In this document: one piece after another, positions 34,826-47,644 of the stretch | How the letters are laid out: each line of letters starts with the position of its first letter | Numbering within the stretch: position 1 is the stretch's first letter | Assembly (NCBI GenBank): GCA_964106645.2 | Contig: OZ067038.1 | Reading direction: 5' to 3' (one strand) | DNA: 64,000 nucleotides | Source: Podarcis pityusensis | Taxonomy: Eukaryota | Made by a program: the position numbers and the translations under genes | Notes under the pieces: model-generated | The model's database searches: none | What the model was told of the DNA's origin: nothing | What the model saw: only the letters and a program-made list of their open reading frames with translations

Positions 34826-36666
34826 ATATGAAGTTGCCTTATACTAAACTAAGAGAGGCTCTTGGTCAGTCCAGCTCAGTACTGTTTACTCCAACTATGG
34901 TCAGCTTCCCAAAGTCTCAGGGAGATTTCTTCGAAGCCTTTCTGCCTGGGATACTTTAAAAATAAAATGCTAGGGACTGAATCTGGGACATTCTTGGTGC
35001 AATGATTCTGTCCTATGGCCATCACTTACAGATGCAAAAGCCAGCCATATCCTGCTGGCCTATAGCACCGACTACCTGTAAAGCCCATGCAACTATCTAT
35101 ACCACCCAGAGAGAGGATACTGCCATTCTACTGCCTGATTCATTATTAACAGATGTGAAAACAGTGGAAAGATGTAAGAGGAAGGTTGCGTACCAGTTTC
35201 TTGTGGGTTTATATGTCTTGGCATGAACTTCCCACCAGTTTACCACTCCAGTGCTTTGCCAAAGAATCTTGATATTACTGCCACAGATGCTGCTGGAGAC
35301 CACCATTTTGCCACCATTTTGTGTGTCCCCTCAAGAGCATCTTGGCTCAGAAGGTTTCCATTTTGTCAGGAAAGGGAGGCTGAACAGATCTAGGAAGTCA
35401 GGGCAAAATGCATTTGGGAAGTTCCTGCAGAAACCATCCATTGAACCCAACAAGGGAGCATTTCCACCTGATATACACTGGTGTGGACCTTCTAAAAATG
35501 CATTACGTTTGAATGCCTCACCAAATCAGTATGTAAAACAAACAAATGTGATACAAAGTTAATGACACCATTAAAAGAGGGGGGGGAGGGGTCTCTACAG
35601 AACCTTTGATCAGACTGGATGTTACACAATTCTGGTGGCCTTTAAGCTGAGATGCAAAAAACCACAAGTGTTGTCCAATCAGGGGGTATTGTTTGGTTTG
35701 TTATATTTATTTTTATACTGTAAGCCACCCTGTAATCCTCAGATGAAGGGTGGCAGATAAATTTAACAAATCAAATAAAACTAAAACTTCATGGCTTTGG
35801 AAACTAGGCTTTGAGATGGTCATGGGGCAATTTTAAATTTCATCCTATGCCTTTCCCAGTTGTAAGATCCAGTATAGCAAAGGGAGGAGGAAATGCCATC
35901 TCCATGCCACCTGAAAGCATGATGCAAAACAGCATCATAACAATACTTAGCCATACAGCGACGGCTGTGCAATCTGTGCAATGATGAGCTAATTAATTAG
36001 CTGTCTGTTTAAGAGGCCTGCAGGCCTACATGTGGTGGCAGTGCAGTCCAAGATGAGATTGCAGGGACAGCGTGGCAGCAGTAAGCAGCAGCAGCAGCAG
36101 GGCTTAGGTTAGCTCAGGCCAATGCTGCAAGGCCAGCCTTTCTATGGGTATTTAATTAATCCTCAAATTTGCAAAACCTACTGTCATCTCAAGCAGAAAC
36201 AGATCCTCATCATGGTTTAATTGATGCAAAATGTCTTGATCTGGATTTATTGAAGCAGAAACCCTGGCTTCTGCAGAGTTTCAGCTGGCTTTAAAAAAAA
36301 AACAAAAACATGTGACTGAGCCAGGAAGAAAAGGAGCCAAGTGGCAAAACCCTCTTTGGATGACAACATAACTTGCTTGTAGCTCTGTGGCCCGAGAAGC
36401 CTGTGTCCATAATGAGTTGGCTCATAATGCAGAGGACATGCGCCTTTTCCAGTTTCTCCCTCTTAAAGGAACACAGGCACAAGACACAGAGTGCATATAG
36501 CAGTATGGTTATGTTTTGAAGCCCAGCTCTAAGTGGCAAACCATTCGTAGGAAGCAGCTGCCATGTGGTTCTGGCAATTTCAACAATGCCAAGACAACCC
36601 CTCCTGAAGTTTGGTGACATGGCTGAGCTTCACACAAGAGACACCTGCTTGCAATTGTGCTGATAA

Positions 36667-37050
36667 AGGTAAAAAAGGTAAAGGATCCCTGGACGGTTAA
36701 GTCCAGTCAAAGGCGACTATGGGGTTGTGGCACTCATCTCACTTTCAGGCCGAGGGAGCTGGCGTTTGTCTACAGACAGCTTTCTGGGTCATATGGCCAG
36801 CATGACTAAACCGCGTCTGGAGCAATGGAACACCGTGACGTAAACCAGAGCACATGGAAATGCCATTTACCTTCCTGCGACAGTGGTATCTATTTATCTA
36901 CTTGCACCGCGTGCTTTCAAGCTGCTAGGTTGGCAGGAGCTGGGACAGAGCAACGGGAGCTCACTCCATCATGGGGATTCGAACTGCCAACCTTCTGATC
37001 AGCAAACCCAAGAGGCTCAGTGGTTTAGACCACAGCGCTACCCACATTCC
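36667..37050 (-). mobile_element. Sauria SINE (Squam1), full length
   Basis: Reverse-complement homologue of 27315-27668, with flanking repeat gtgctgataa. Confidence 0.9.
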
Positions 37051-38515
37051 TGATAAGTGCTGATAAGTGCCTACCACCAGGGTGCTTAGGACTTGTGCTG
37101 CTCAATGACTGCTTGCTTCCACATGGACCTGCCCAGACATTGAGATTTTCATTAGTGTCCGTTCTGTGTCCCTTTGGAGGTGAGTTGGATGGTGAGCCAA
37201 GGTGGGGTACCACCACCAAAGAGGCCCTGTCTTTAAAATGCCTTTATCAGGGAGTCACACCTATGTTAACCTTTTGGTGTCAGGTGAATATCTTTCTATA
37301 TGCCCAGGGATTTAAGTTGTTGCCTTTTTGACAATTTAGACCACAAGTTGGAGAAAGCTGCCCTAGGGGGTTAACATAGAAGAAGCATCATGGAGTTGTT
37401 GGGAAGAGCAAGCAGGGGCTCAGCCCCCAGTATTTAAAATATTTTTTTAACTCACCCATCACCGTTCCTGATCTCAGAGCAGCATACGATGCCATCAAAT
37501 ATTACAATTAAAGCAAATAAAATCACAACCCATTACAACAGCAAAACAAGCAGGTAAAATGACCACAAATCCTTGAAAAAACAGAACGGGCTTCATATTC
37601 CCAATGGTGCATGCAGGCATGGATACATGCCACCACACTGCAAATATGAACTGAGCAACAGACATGAAATAATTACTCCATTGCCAAATGTCACATTGAC
37701 TCTCAAATGCTGTGGCAATAATAATGCAAAGTGTACAAGAAGGGGAGAAAATCTTAGAAATATTTATGTGCCAGGGATGGGCAAAACTACTCTAAGAAAT
37801 TTTGCTCTACATAATAAAACTTGTGGCTTCTTGAAATTAAGCTTCTTTAGGCAAAATCCCCTTGAGAAATCTTGTAAGTCTTATCACCACAGATCAGTGG
37901 TAGAGTAGATGCTTTGCATGCAAAAAGTCTAAGATTTCATCCCTGGTGTCACCAGGAAAGAAAGGCTCCTCCCAGGAACCCTGGAGAGATGCTGCCAGTC
38001 AGTGCAAAGCAATACTGGGTTAGATAGGCAGCTTCTTACACCCCTATGGGAAGATTTTTGGCTTCCTTCTTCACATGTTTTGCTTGAGGAGGGAGGACCC
38101 CAAGACTTGCTACAAATTTCAGTTTTGGTGATCTTTAAATGGAAATTCCACTTATACCTAAGTGGAGCCTTTTGAGAGAAAGAAAGTGTCCCAAAATTGA
38201 AATAGTAATTATTCTGCAGAGTTTTCCTCTTGGAAGATGGCAGTACAGCATCACCCCATTTTTAGCAAACTCTGGAAGAGCACCTGAAACTCTGCAGCAC
38301 ACATGCTGATCTAGGACTTTGAGCATCCAGAATAAATTAAAAGAGCAACAAACAACCATCTTCAAAGCTCCTGGATCATCTGAACCTTTTAATTCCACAT
38401 GAAAAATGATAAGCCACTGAAACAAAGAAAACTGAAACCTACAGAACAATAAAAGATATGGAGTCTGCTGTAGATGATTTGACAACCTCCTTCCCATCTG
38501 CCTTCTCCCTTGCAG

Positions 38516-38671
38516 ATGGGCTCCCCGGCTATCTGCTGAATCTACGGCATTTACAAAAGAGGGCCAATGAAATCTGGGTCTGTCCTCTGCGATGATTGCA
38601 CAGCTAGTCGGCTGAACTCTGTGATATTGCAAGAAAAGAAAAAGGAGAATGGGTGGAACAGCTACTTCGAG
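38516..38671 (+). other. Candidate spliced exon (5' UTR/first coding or non-coding)
   Basis: Branch-like ttgac, long polypyrimidine tract, tgcag| acceptor, GAG|gtaggt donor. Stops in all three frames. Strong-Kozak ATG at 38649 (MGGTATS). Confidence 0.35.
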
Positions 38672-39360
38672 GTAGGTGGGCTCGTGCTGCCTGTTTGCAG
38701 GCACCAGACACTGCATAGGTATTGTGTGGTTCTCAAATCCATTTGTTATAGTTTCAAAAGTCACAAGCAAATGCATCCAGAGGGTACTATTCAGCCAAGG
38801 AAGGGAAATATCATTTATTTCAATGTGACAGTTAAGCACATGCTTCAGTCTCTCCCACTGACATCAACAGGGTTTTAAAGGTGCTAAACTTTGGCTGGAT
38901 TGCCCCCATAGCGTGCAGCTGTGGATTAAGTAGAAAGTTAAGCTCTTCTCTCGCCACGCTACAAGAGCACCAGCTGCTCAAAACTTTCCCATATTGTATG
39001 TTGGAGGCGGATAAGCACATGCTACACAATGTGGCCCAGAGTTGGCAGTATCCTTAATTCCAAGACGGCTGCTCCCAGCATGCAATACTGATGTGATCCC
39101 ACAGCTGCTGTTTGCCTCAACATGGAATCTATTACTTCAACCTATGTGCACAACAAGCTTACCTTAATGTCAGGGAAGCATTTTTAGATGCAGATGGTTA
39201 GCTCACATATACTATCCTCAATCCCAGAACATTCAATATTTACCCACACGAGGCTTCCGTTCCACTTTTCTGAGGGTACAGTTGCTAATACCTGCGGTGT
39301 TCTGTGTAACGTTTCATTTAAACCTAAACAGAAAAGGTCTTTGGGGCCAGAAATGCAAAT

Positions 39361-39364
<4 letters not shown>

Positions 39365-39395
<31 letters not shown>
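39365..39395. repeat. (CA)n microsatellite
   Basis: Direct tandem repeat. Confidence 0.97.
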
Positions 39396-39400
<5 letters not shown>

Positions 39401-40759
39401 CTTAACCCAAAATCCAGGACTGAAACATTCTGAGCTGGGAGAGTTTCTTCCATCCCTGTGTAATTTTCTGGCAGCTAGAGTGAAAATATATTCTCCTAAG
39501 GTCTGTGGGAATTATGGGGGATGGAGAAACACATTATAGTCACAGGAAAGTAGTAAAGTTTGTTGGTTTATATAAGGTGGGATTGCCACACAACACAGAG
39601 AGCACATTTAACACAAATCCACAAAGGAAATGCCACACTCCAAACACAGTATGCTCTGCATTTTTGTGTAAGGGAAGGTGTTTTAGGAACATGAATCGTG
39701 CTCTGGAAACAAACATTTTTGCACTCTTAAAGCTGTTTTTTCTGGTACGGTTCTCCCTTAAATCAAAGAGTTTGGCGATAAAGCATTTCTGCTCCTTTCT
39801 TTGTGCTGCTATCCATTAAATGGCCACTTAATGCTCAAAAGACACCACCCCCTTCATTGGTAAATCAATGGAGACAATCCCTAACAGAAGAGGTGCATAA
39901 TGTGTGGCTTCATTTGTTTCCTTAAATGCATTTTAAGTAAGAAGGAAAGTTTGCACATCTTGTGTGGATAATACTGTATCTACCTGCTTAATTAAGTTCT
40001 GCTTCTGTGGAAAATTAAGTCTGATCGCGCACACAATCCATGGCTGGGATTTGGCTTTGAGAGATGTCAATCCCTTGCCCTTTTGCTGTTTTCTTCTTTC
40101 AAGGAATGTTAAGGCCATCCCTTTGTCTTTGGGCTGAGATGACAACTCATCCCCAGCTGTGCTACTCTAGGTCATGACCAGTTTGGCTTGTCAGTCAGAA
40201 ACTAAAGAAACTGCTGTGTCCTCATCTGGTGACTTTGATTGCAACTTTGCTCAGGAAATTCTGGACTCTTGCAATTTTAAATGAATTTATCTTGGATTAT
40301 TTGTAGTCACAAGACCTGCTAATGTGTATACCTGCTAGTTCTGCTTTCTTTCTTAATAAATAACTCAATAGTTATTTCTATTATTTTTCTTGCAAATTCT
40401 AGGTGGTTCTCACCAGAGTCTGCTGAAATTTTGCCTACTCACTTGTACTACTATGCTACTTAATTACTGACTAATTGAGGAGCTGGAAGGATTCCACTCC
40501 AAGTTACTAAGGGATGTTCATATTTTTAATACTCCCTAATGTGCCTCCAGGATTGCGTGCCTGCCTGGGGAGCCTGTGTGTGGCATTCCAGATGTTCTGA
40601 AGTAAAACTCCCACAACAAAACAAAACATGGCCAATGGTCAGCAACAATGGAGGGTGCTGTCTACATCTGGATGACACAATGTACATGGGTTTTGTAGCA
40701 GTGAAATGGCGAAATGGCTTTATGGCTTTGTTTTTTCTTTTTCTTTTTTCTTTCTTTAG

Positions 40760-41286
40760 TAAATGTAAAGGTACCTCTGCCCGAACGGGCCAGTCGTGAC
40801 CGACTCTGTTTTTTTTTTTTTTAATAATATTTTTTATTGCTTTTTTCCAGGTACAAATATATAGTCAGATAAATCACAGAAGCAACAGAACAAAAAAAGG
40901 AAAAAGAAAATTAAAAAAAAAATCATCTTTCCAGAACATTTTTTCATAACCAACCGGACTTCCCGACTCTGGGGTTGCGTGCTCATCTCGCTCTAGAGGC
41001 CATGAGCTGACGCCGTCCGAAGACACTTCCGGGTCACGTGGCCAGCGTGACGAAGCTGCAGCTGGCGAGCGAGCAGCAGCGCAGCACACGGAAACGCTGT
41101 TACCTTCCCGCTATAAAGCGGTACCTATTTATCTACTTGCACTTAAGAGTGCTTTCGAACTGCTAGGTTGGCAGGAGCTGGGACCGAATGACAGGAGCTC
41201 ACCCCGCCGCAGGGATTCGAACCGCCGACCATACGATCAGCAAGTCCTAGGCACTGAGGTTTTACCCACAGCGCCACCCGCGTCCC
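40760..41286 (-). mobile_element. Sauria SINE (Squam1), full length, with nested insertion
   Basis: Head ends cacagcgccacccgcgtccc on + strand. 14-bp TSD ttttctttctttag (40746-40759 / 41287-41300). Confidence 0.93.
40809..40962 (-). mobile_element. Short polyadenylated retroposed insert (L1 3' UTR-like) nested in the SINE
   Basis: T14 on + strand, AATAAA on - strand (40833-40838), 9-bp TSD ccgactctg (40800-40808 / 40963-40971). Confidence 0.85.
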
Positions 41287-43004
41287 TTTTCTTTCTTTAG
41301 GTACATAAATTTGATATATAAACTTTGTATACGTGTTGAAAATTATATTATAATATGCCCTGTAATGTAATATGATAATGTATACATATGTGACATAAGA
41401 ACGTTAATTTTTAAAAAAAGGAAAAAGGAAAAAAAAGAAAAAGAAATGGTGAAGTCCCTTTGAGATAAGTCTTCCTCACACACACCCACACAAACAAATA
41501 CCCAGCCACCCACACCCTGACCCTGATTTACCCAATCAGATTTCAGCTTGAATTGAAGGACACTGTGGTTTGTTATTTTGAATTGGCTTGCTGGATGTAA
41601 CCATAGGTGTATGTGGCCGGGGGTGGGGAGTATGTAAAAATGTGGAATCTTTGCTATTTTATCTTAAGAGGATCACACACAATATAAAATCATCACCCTC
41701 TATTTCAAGATGAAATGTGACAGAAAGTGCAATCTTGGAAGAAGACTTTTTATACATGCCAGTTACCACGAATGAAGCATACATGACGTTGGATCTCATC
41801 AGCCGGTATAGGGTTTTTATTTTATTTTATTGGTGGAACAGGAATAACTGCTAAAACCAATCCAATATATGATGTTTGGAAATGCCATCTGCCACTATAA
41901 ACCTATCTGTTGCTCCCAGACCTAATTTAAGGCCTTCACTTGTTAACCACAGACATTTAAGCCATCCTGGGCAACACTGCAAAGCAGAACTGCCAAAAAA
42001 CAAACAACCGCTCACACAAAAAACCACAACCAGACTCCGGTTTCAAAGAGTTTCTATTAAAAATGTATGAAGACAGAAACAAACAAGGATGGCACAGGAA
42101 ATTCAAAGGGCATCATCAAATGAAGGGGGAAACCCACAAACACACAAGCACTGTGTGATGTTCAGGATGATGGTCCATTTACTTCTGAGAGAGAGAGAGA
42201 GAGAAATAAATGGATTCCCAATAAATACGACTTGTTGATAGCAGGTGGATCTTTAATGAGGGTCATGCTTCAGTTCAGGGGAGTTTCTTCCTTATTTCCA
42301 GAGCTTTTAACTCAGGGGGAAAGAGGTGATGCCAGTCATTTGCTTGAAGTTATTAAAAACAAAACAAAAAAAAGCAGACACACATCAAAGTTTGTCAAGC
42401 AAAGATCTTTTTCACTCCGGAGTGTTTTTGCTTCCCGCTAGAGCACAAAACCACAATCACAACACAGTATTGGAGGAGGAGTACACAGGCAGCTCAGAGC
42501 CAGCCAAGCACCTGGTATCTGCAGCCCACTTGAGAGAGGCCAGGCAATCACCATAGAGGAATGTAAACCTCAGAGTCAGCAGTCCAGTCACTAAGTCACC
42601 AGGCAGGGAAAGTGAAGGCAGAACAGAAGGGTCACTGTGTGAACAAGGATAGACAGGATTGCTTTCTTCCTGTTTGAGCTGATGCAGTCACTTGTTTAAA
42701 ATGGTTACACCTCAGATTTACCCCACAAAAGCACCATAGCTTCAGTCAGGCCATTGACATCAGGTTGAGGAAAAGCTTACTCAGACCTTCCCAGACACTG
42801 AGGCTCAAACTTCACATTACCCACAGTTCCACGATCCCTCCCTGGTGGCCCAAGGCATGTTGCCACCAAAGGACAAGACTTCACCTTTCTGTTTCATATT
42901 CAGACGCTAACTGGACCGGCAGCTGAATTTTACTTCAACGCCAGCACTAGGGCAGCACACCTGAGGGCAACAGGTTCACAGAGGAGGTAGAAAGTGGCGC
43001 ACAT

Positions 43005-43174
43005 AGCTTTGCTAGATTCAGAGGACTTCAATTTCTTCTAACTGTGTTGGACATGCTGGATTTGATACTCTAAACGAGTGCCTGCAATGGAAAACATCCT
43101 CCTCTACTAACGTATAACTGGAGGATCCATTGGAATGAAACACACAGCAATATTTTGAGCCAAGCCTCTCTCAA
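43005..43174 (+). repeat. Local 170-bp direct repeat, copy 1
   Basis: Matches 44401-44570 with 3 substitutions counted by eye. Confidence 0.97.
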
Positions 43175-44400
43175 CTCTTTTTTGCTGTTGCCCTGAGGCA
43201 GCTGTTTTGCTTGTAAAGCCACACCTGGCTGCTGTCAATGTTAAACCCAAAGCAAGCCCAAACCTGGCTGCTCTTGAGTGGAAGAGACAGAGAGAAACTG
43301 CTTAATTCTTTTCTCTCCTGCCATTTTCCAGCTAAAGATGACCCTCCCCAATGGTACAGTCCCATATACGTAAGTTCCATTGAGTTCAGTGGGACTTTCT
43401 CTGAGGTAAGTCTGTATATAATTGCAGCCCAAGCCTAGCAGTCCTTGTGAGAATTTGACCAGCTTCGGCCCATCTGAAGCTGATACAGGCTCGTCTCATC
43501 TTGAGCCCAAGCAGAGTAGTCCACACAGCAGAAGGATAAGCAGTATGTGCCACATTCTTAACTTTATTTCCACTCTATGCTGAGAGAATACAAACATGCA
43601 TCTTGCCTCTGTGAGAGCAGAGAAGCAACTCCTCTTGGAAACAAAGAACACTGAGAGAACAGTGAAAAACAGGAAACCAGTGTACGTCACATCCAGTCTC
43701 CCATTTCCTGTGGGAATCCTACAGTAACTTGGACTGTAGAATGCAAAACAATTTCTTGTGACTGCGGTTGCTGCTCAGTGAGGGAAATAGAAACCAACAG
43801 TCCTCTCACTCACTCCTTTGAAGCTTCCTGCACCCTGGTCTTCAGCATTTCTGTGGCAGTAAAATCATAAAAGCGAATTTAAATAGGACTGTCTCCACAA
43901 GGAAGCCACTGAAAATGTTTACCAGTGCTGTCACTCGGCAAACTGTTTAAAGGAATCTTATCCTTTGCTTGGGCATCAGCACTGTAAACACCAAATAGTG
44001 CATAAGCATAGACTGGCACACAGGAAAGGCCAACTTGGATAATTGCCTTTTGGCAGGTTCCACATGAAGGCCACGTTGTTTATTTTGGCTCTAAAAGAGC
44101 TGCAGTTGTGAACATGGCTTACATAGCATTGCCATATTTCAAAAAGTAAAAACCAGGACACCCCGAGGAAAACAATGAAAATGTTGAGCTTTTTTAAAGG
44201 GAACCACCGAAATTTGCAAAAATGCCAAACCCCCCCCCCCATGATTTTTCAATTGATCCAGGACAAAACACCACCCTCCATTGGACACGTGACAGGCTTA
44301 CAGCCAGTACTAGGCACCATTAGTTACTGGGAATATACTTCAATACAGATATGGAGTCCTGTGAGGAATCCAGTGCCACCTCATCTATGCTACAACTAGA

Positions 44401-44570
44401 AGCTTTGCTAGATTCAGAGGACTTCAATTTCTTCTAACTGTGTTGGACATGTTGGATTTGATACTCTAAATGAGTGCCTGCTATGGAAAACATCCTCCTC
44501 TACTAACGTATAACTGGAGGATCCATTGGAATGAAACACACAGCAATATTTTGAGCCAAGCCTCTCTCAA
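44401..44570 (+). repeat. Local 170-bp direct repeat, copy 2
   Basis: Matches 43005-43174. Confidence 0.97.
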
Positions 44571-44984
44571 AGCACTTTTCAGAGTTTGAGATGTCTCAAA
44601 TATTAATATTATGTAAGAGACATATTTTGACAGGAGTCCCCCCAGGCAAGCCTGTGGGTGTGTATGCAAGAACTGAAAGCCCTTTAATCAAAATCTTTTT
44701 ATCTGCTCCCACAACGGCCGCAGGCCACGCAGCCCAAATGTGGCACCTTATGAAAACAGAAGAGTATTTTAAGAAACAAAACCCCGTAGTGAGAAAAACA
44801 CACTCATACAAAATATGTACTTGTTACAGATGGAGAAATGAGAGAAGCTGCCTTGATTGTCAAAGGTAGAGCAGCTCTGCCTCTGAGGGTAGGGGGCTGG
44901 AACTTGATCATATCTTCAGGGTGGAATTGAGAGCTCATTTGGCAATGTAGAAATACACTGATGCAGCCTTCATTTAGTACACTT

Positions 44985-45180
44985 GTATGCCACTTTTTAT
45001 CCAAGAAGCTCAAGACAGCATACATGATTTCTCCTCCACATCCATTTTATCACAACAAAGCTGTGAGGTAGGCTAGGCTGAGAGATAATGGCTAGCTCAA
45101 GATCATGCCTAGCTTGGGTACTGAACCAGGGTCTCCCTAGTCCCAGACCAAGGCTAACTACTACAACCACAGTGACTCTT
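44985..45180 (-). mobile_element. Old MIR/Squam3-like SINE
   Basis: cacaacaa...tgtgaggtaggctaggctgagaga core and head remnant taactactacaaccacagtgactct. Confidence 0.65.
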
Positions 45181-45193
45181 TGGTGAGAAAATG

Positions 45194-45448
45194 AGAGCCA
45201 GTGTGGTGTAGTGGTTAAGAGCGGTAGTCTTGTAATCTGGTGAACCGGGTTCGCGTCTCCGCTCCTCCACATGCAGCTGCTGGGTGATCTTGGGCCAGTC
45301 ACGCTTCTTTGAAGTCTCTCAGCCCCACTCACCTCACAGAGTGTTTGTTGTGGGGGAGGAAGGGAAAGGAGAATGTTAGCCGCTTTGAGACTCCTGAAGG
45401 GGAGTGAAAAGCGGGATATCAAATCCAAACTCTTCTTCTTCTTCTTCT
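45194..45448 (+). mobile_element. Squam3-like tRNA SINE with (CTT)n tail
   Basis: Box A tggtgtagtgg, box B-like gggttcgcgtc and (ctt)n tail. Near-identical to the reverse complement of 56938-57183. Confidence 0.9.
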
Positions 45449-45723
45449 AAAGAATGATGGGCTCTGCAGACCATTAGGAATTCAATTTCTGTGATTTACA
45501 TGGAATCTGATCCAATCCACAAGTCCTGCATTAATGTGTGAATTCAGACATACTTATCTCCAAACTTTGCAGTACAGCTCAATAAGTAGCAAAATGTATT
45601 CCAAAAGTGAATTTCAGGGTAATAATATGTTTAGAAATGTGTACATTAAGATAAAATATGTATCTTGGGATAAAATATGTAATATAGTAGTATGAATTTT
45701 TGTGTGGATTTATTTTTATTTTT

Positions 45724-45867
45724 CGACAGAGGACAAGATGGTTGGACAGTGTTCTTTAAGCTACCAACATGAGTCTGACCAAACTGCAGGAGGCCGTGGA
45801 AGACAGGAGTGCCTGGCGTGCTCTGGTCCATGGGGTCACGAAGAGTCAGACACGACTAAACAACATC
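45724..45867 (+). mobile_element. RTE-BovB 3' fragment
   Basis: Same 3' end as 7913-8040, with TSD atttttattttt. Confidence 0.9.
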
Positions 45868-47434
45868 ATTTTTATTTTTTATTTATCAAAGATTAGAATG
45901 GAAACAGGAGAGCACGTGTAAAATTGACAGGGACCGGAAACAGGCTGATCTATTCATTCCTAAACATCAGCCAATGAGGATAAATACCATATTTCCAGAA
46001 ATTTCAGAGTTCTAACAGGCACTCAAGGGAACACTTGCTTCTCCAATTCTGACAGGGCTAAATAGGAAAGGGAGGTGGGGATGAAGTGCCTTGTGGCAGA
46101 GATATCACAGTTTGGGAGTTTGGCACAACTGCCATTATCTATCCATGTTGTCATTGCTGCACCAGCTGTATTCACCCTGCTAGTCCATTTGGACATCTGC
46201 CAATCTGCACATAGGTTTGATGCTGCCCTGATTTAAGGGAAGGACTATGACACACGTTTTACATGCAGGTAGTCTGCCAGCCAGAGTGGGCAGCACTGAG
46301 CTAGAATGACCAGCCACTTGCTCAAGTCAAGATGGCTTCATGAGTTGATTTAATGCAGTCTCGGGCCTAGGGACCAAATACAGCTGTCCAGGCCACGACG
46401 TTTGGCTTCTGAGGCTCCCCACGGGCCATGCCTCCACTCTTTGCTGGTGCTGCTCCACATCTTCCTCCGTTTTTTTGCCTGCCTGGTATGTGTTCTTGAT
46501 AATAATGCCTCTTGCTTGTTTGGGTGGAAAGATGTTCATGTAGAAGCCTCTGAACATTGTGCAGCTGGGCTGTAGCCTACAATACGAAGTTATGAGTTGC
46601 ATCTCTTGCCCCACCCACTATTGGCATGTTGCCCCAGAAGGCTTCCCACCAGAACGTATCCCTCAGGATGCAGAAGTTTCCCCGCCCTCACTCAATGCAA
46701 CCACCCCTTGCAAAAGCTTCTACTGCAAAGCACCTTAAGCATAATAATTAGGCACAGTTTTCATTTATACTTCTCGTAGTGTCTTTTAATCTGGCCCTCC
46801 CCATTCCTTCCAGGGCTCCTGAGATGCTGATCCTTTGCCCACACCTGTCAAATGATCTTTAATAGATGCATGAGTATGATTTATGTCTGCGGTTCTCATG
46901 CTTTCTTCTCCATTATTGTCTTTAAAGATGCCTCTGGTGGGATTTTGGCTCTCGGATATTCCCAGATTGCACCTGCTTGCAGCTACACATCTGTTGTCTT
47001 TTCTACGTTATTTATCAAGAAAGAGATTAAGAACAAGCCCTTCTGGGTCAGACCAAAGGTTGCTTCAGTTCAGCATTCTGTTTTCCCGCAGTGGCCAATT
47101 AGATTCCTATGGGCAGCCCAGAAACAGGAAACGAGGGCAACAGTCTCCCTTGCAACTGGTACTGAGTCGCATATTCAGCGTGGGTTATAGTGCGTCATCT
47201 GGCAAGTTTGCATAATTGTGGGAAACGTTAAGGAAAATCTCCACCTCAAAAGTCCTGTTTTGAAACAAGGAGGAAGACATGGCAATCGCTACCCACAATT
47301 TAGTAAGCTGAAGTCCTATTCAAACTGCTAGCATTAATCAGTATGGAAGCACTACCCTATAATGCATATAAACCTTTTACTGTTTCCCAGATGAGGCCAG
47401 AAGTACAGACAAGGTAGGTTACAAAGCATTAGAG

Positions 47435-47644
47435 CAGGGGGCGGCAAGGTTTACCTTGCCTGGGCCGGTTCACTCCCACAGAGATCGCTCTGTGGGCCGG
47501 ATAGCGTCTGTGCAGACGTGATTTCCGGAGCCGCGGAAGCGAGTCCCGCTCCGTGCTGCGCTAGTTTAGTGCAGCGTGCGGGGACTCACCTAGCTGGCAG
47601 CTCAGTTCGGGGGCAGCTCATGGGCTGCAGGTTGCTGACCCCTG
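47435..47644. mobile_element. hAT (Charlie-like) MITE
   Basis: TIR cagggggcggcaa / ttgctgacccctg and perfect 8-bp TSD cattagag. Confidence 0.92.

Noticed and set aside
38135-38839. 234-aa minus-strand ORF
   Set aside because: No domain or motif recognised and composition looks random. The better signal is the + strand splice-bounded segment inside it.
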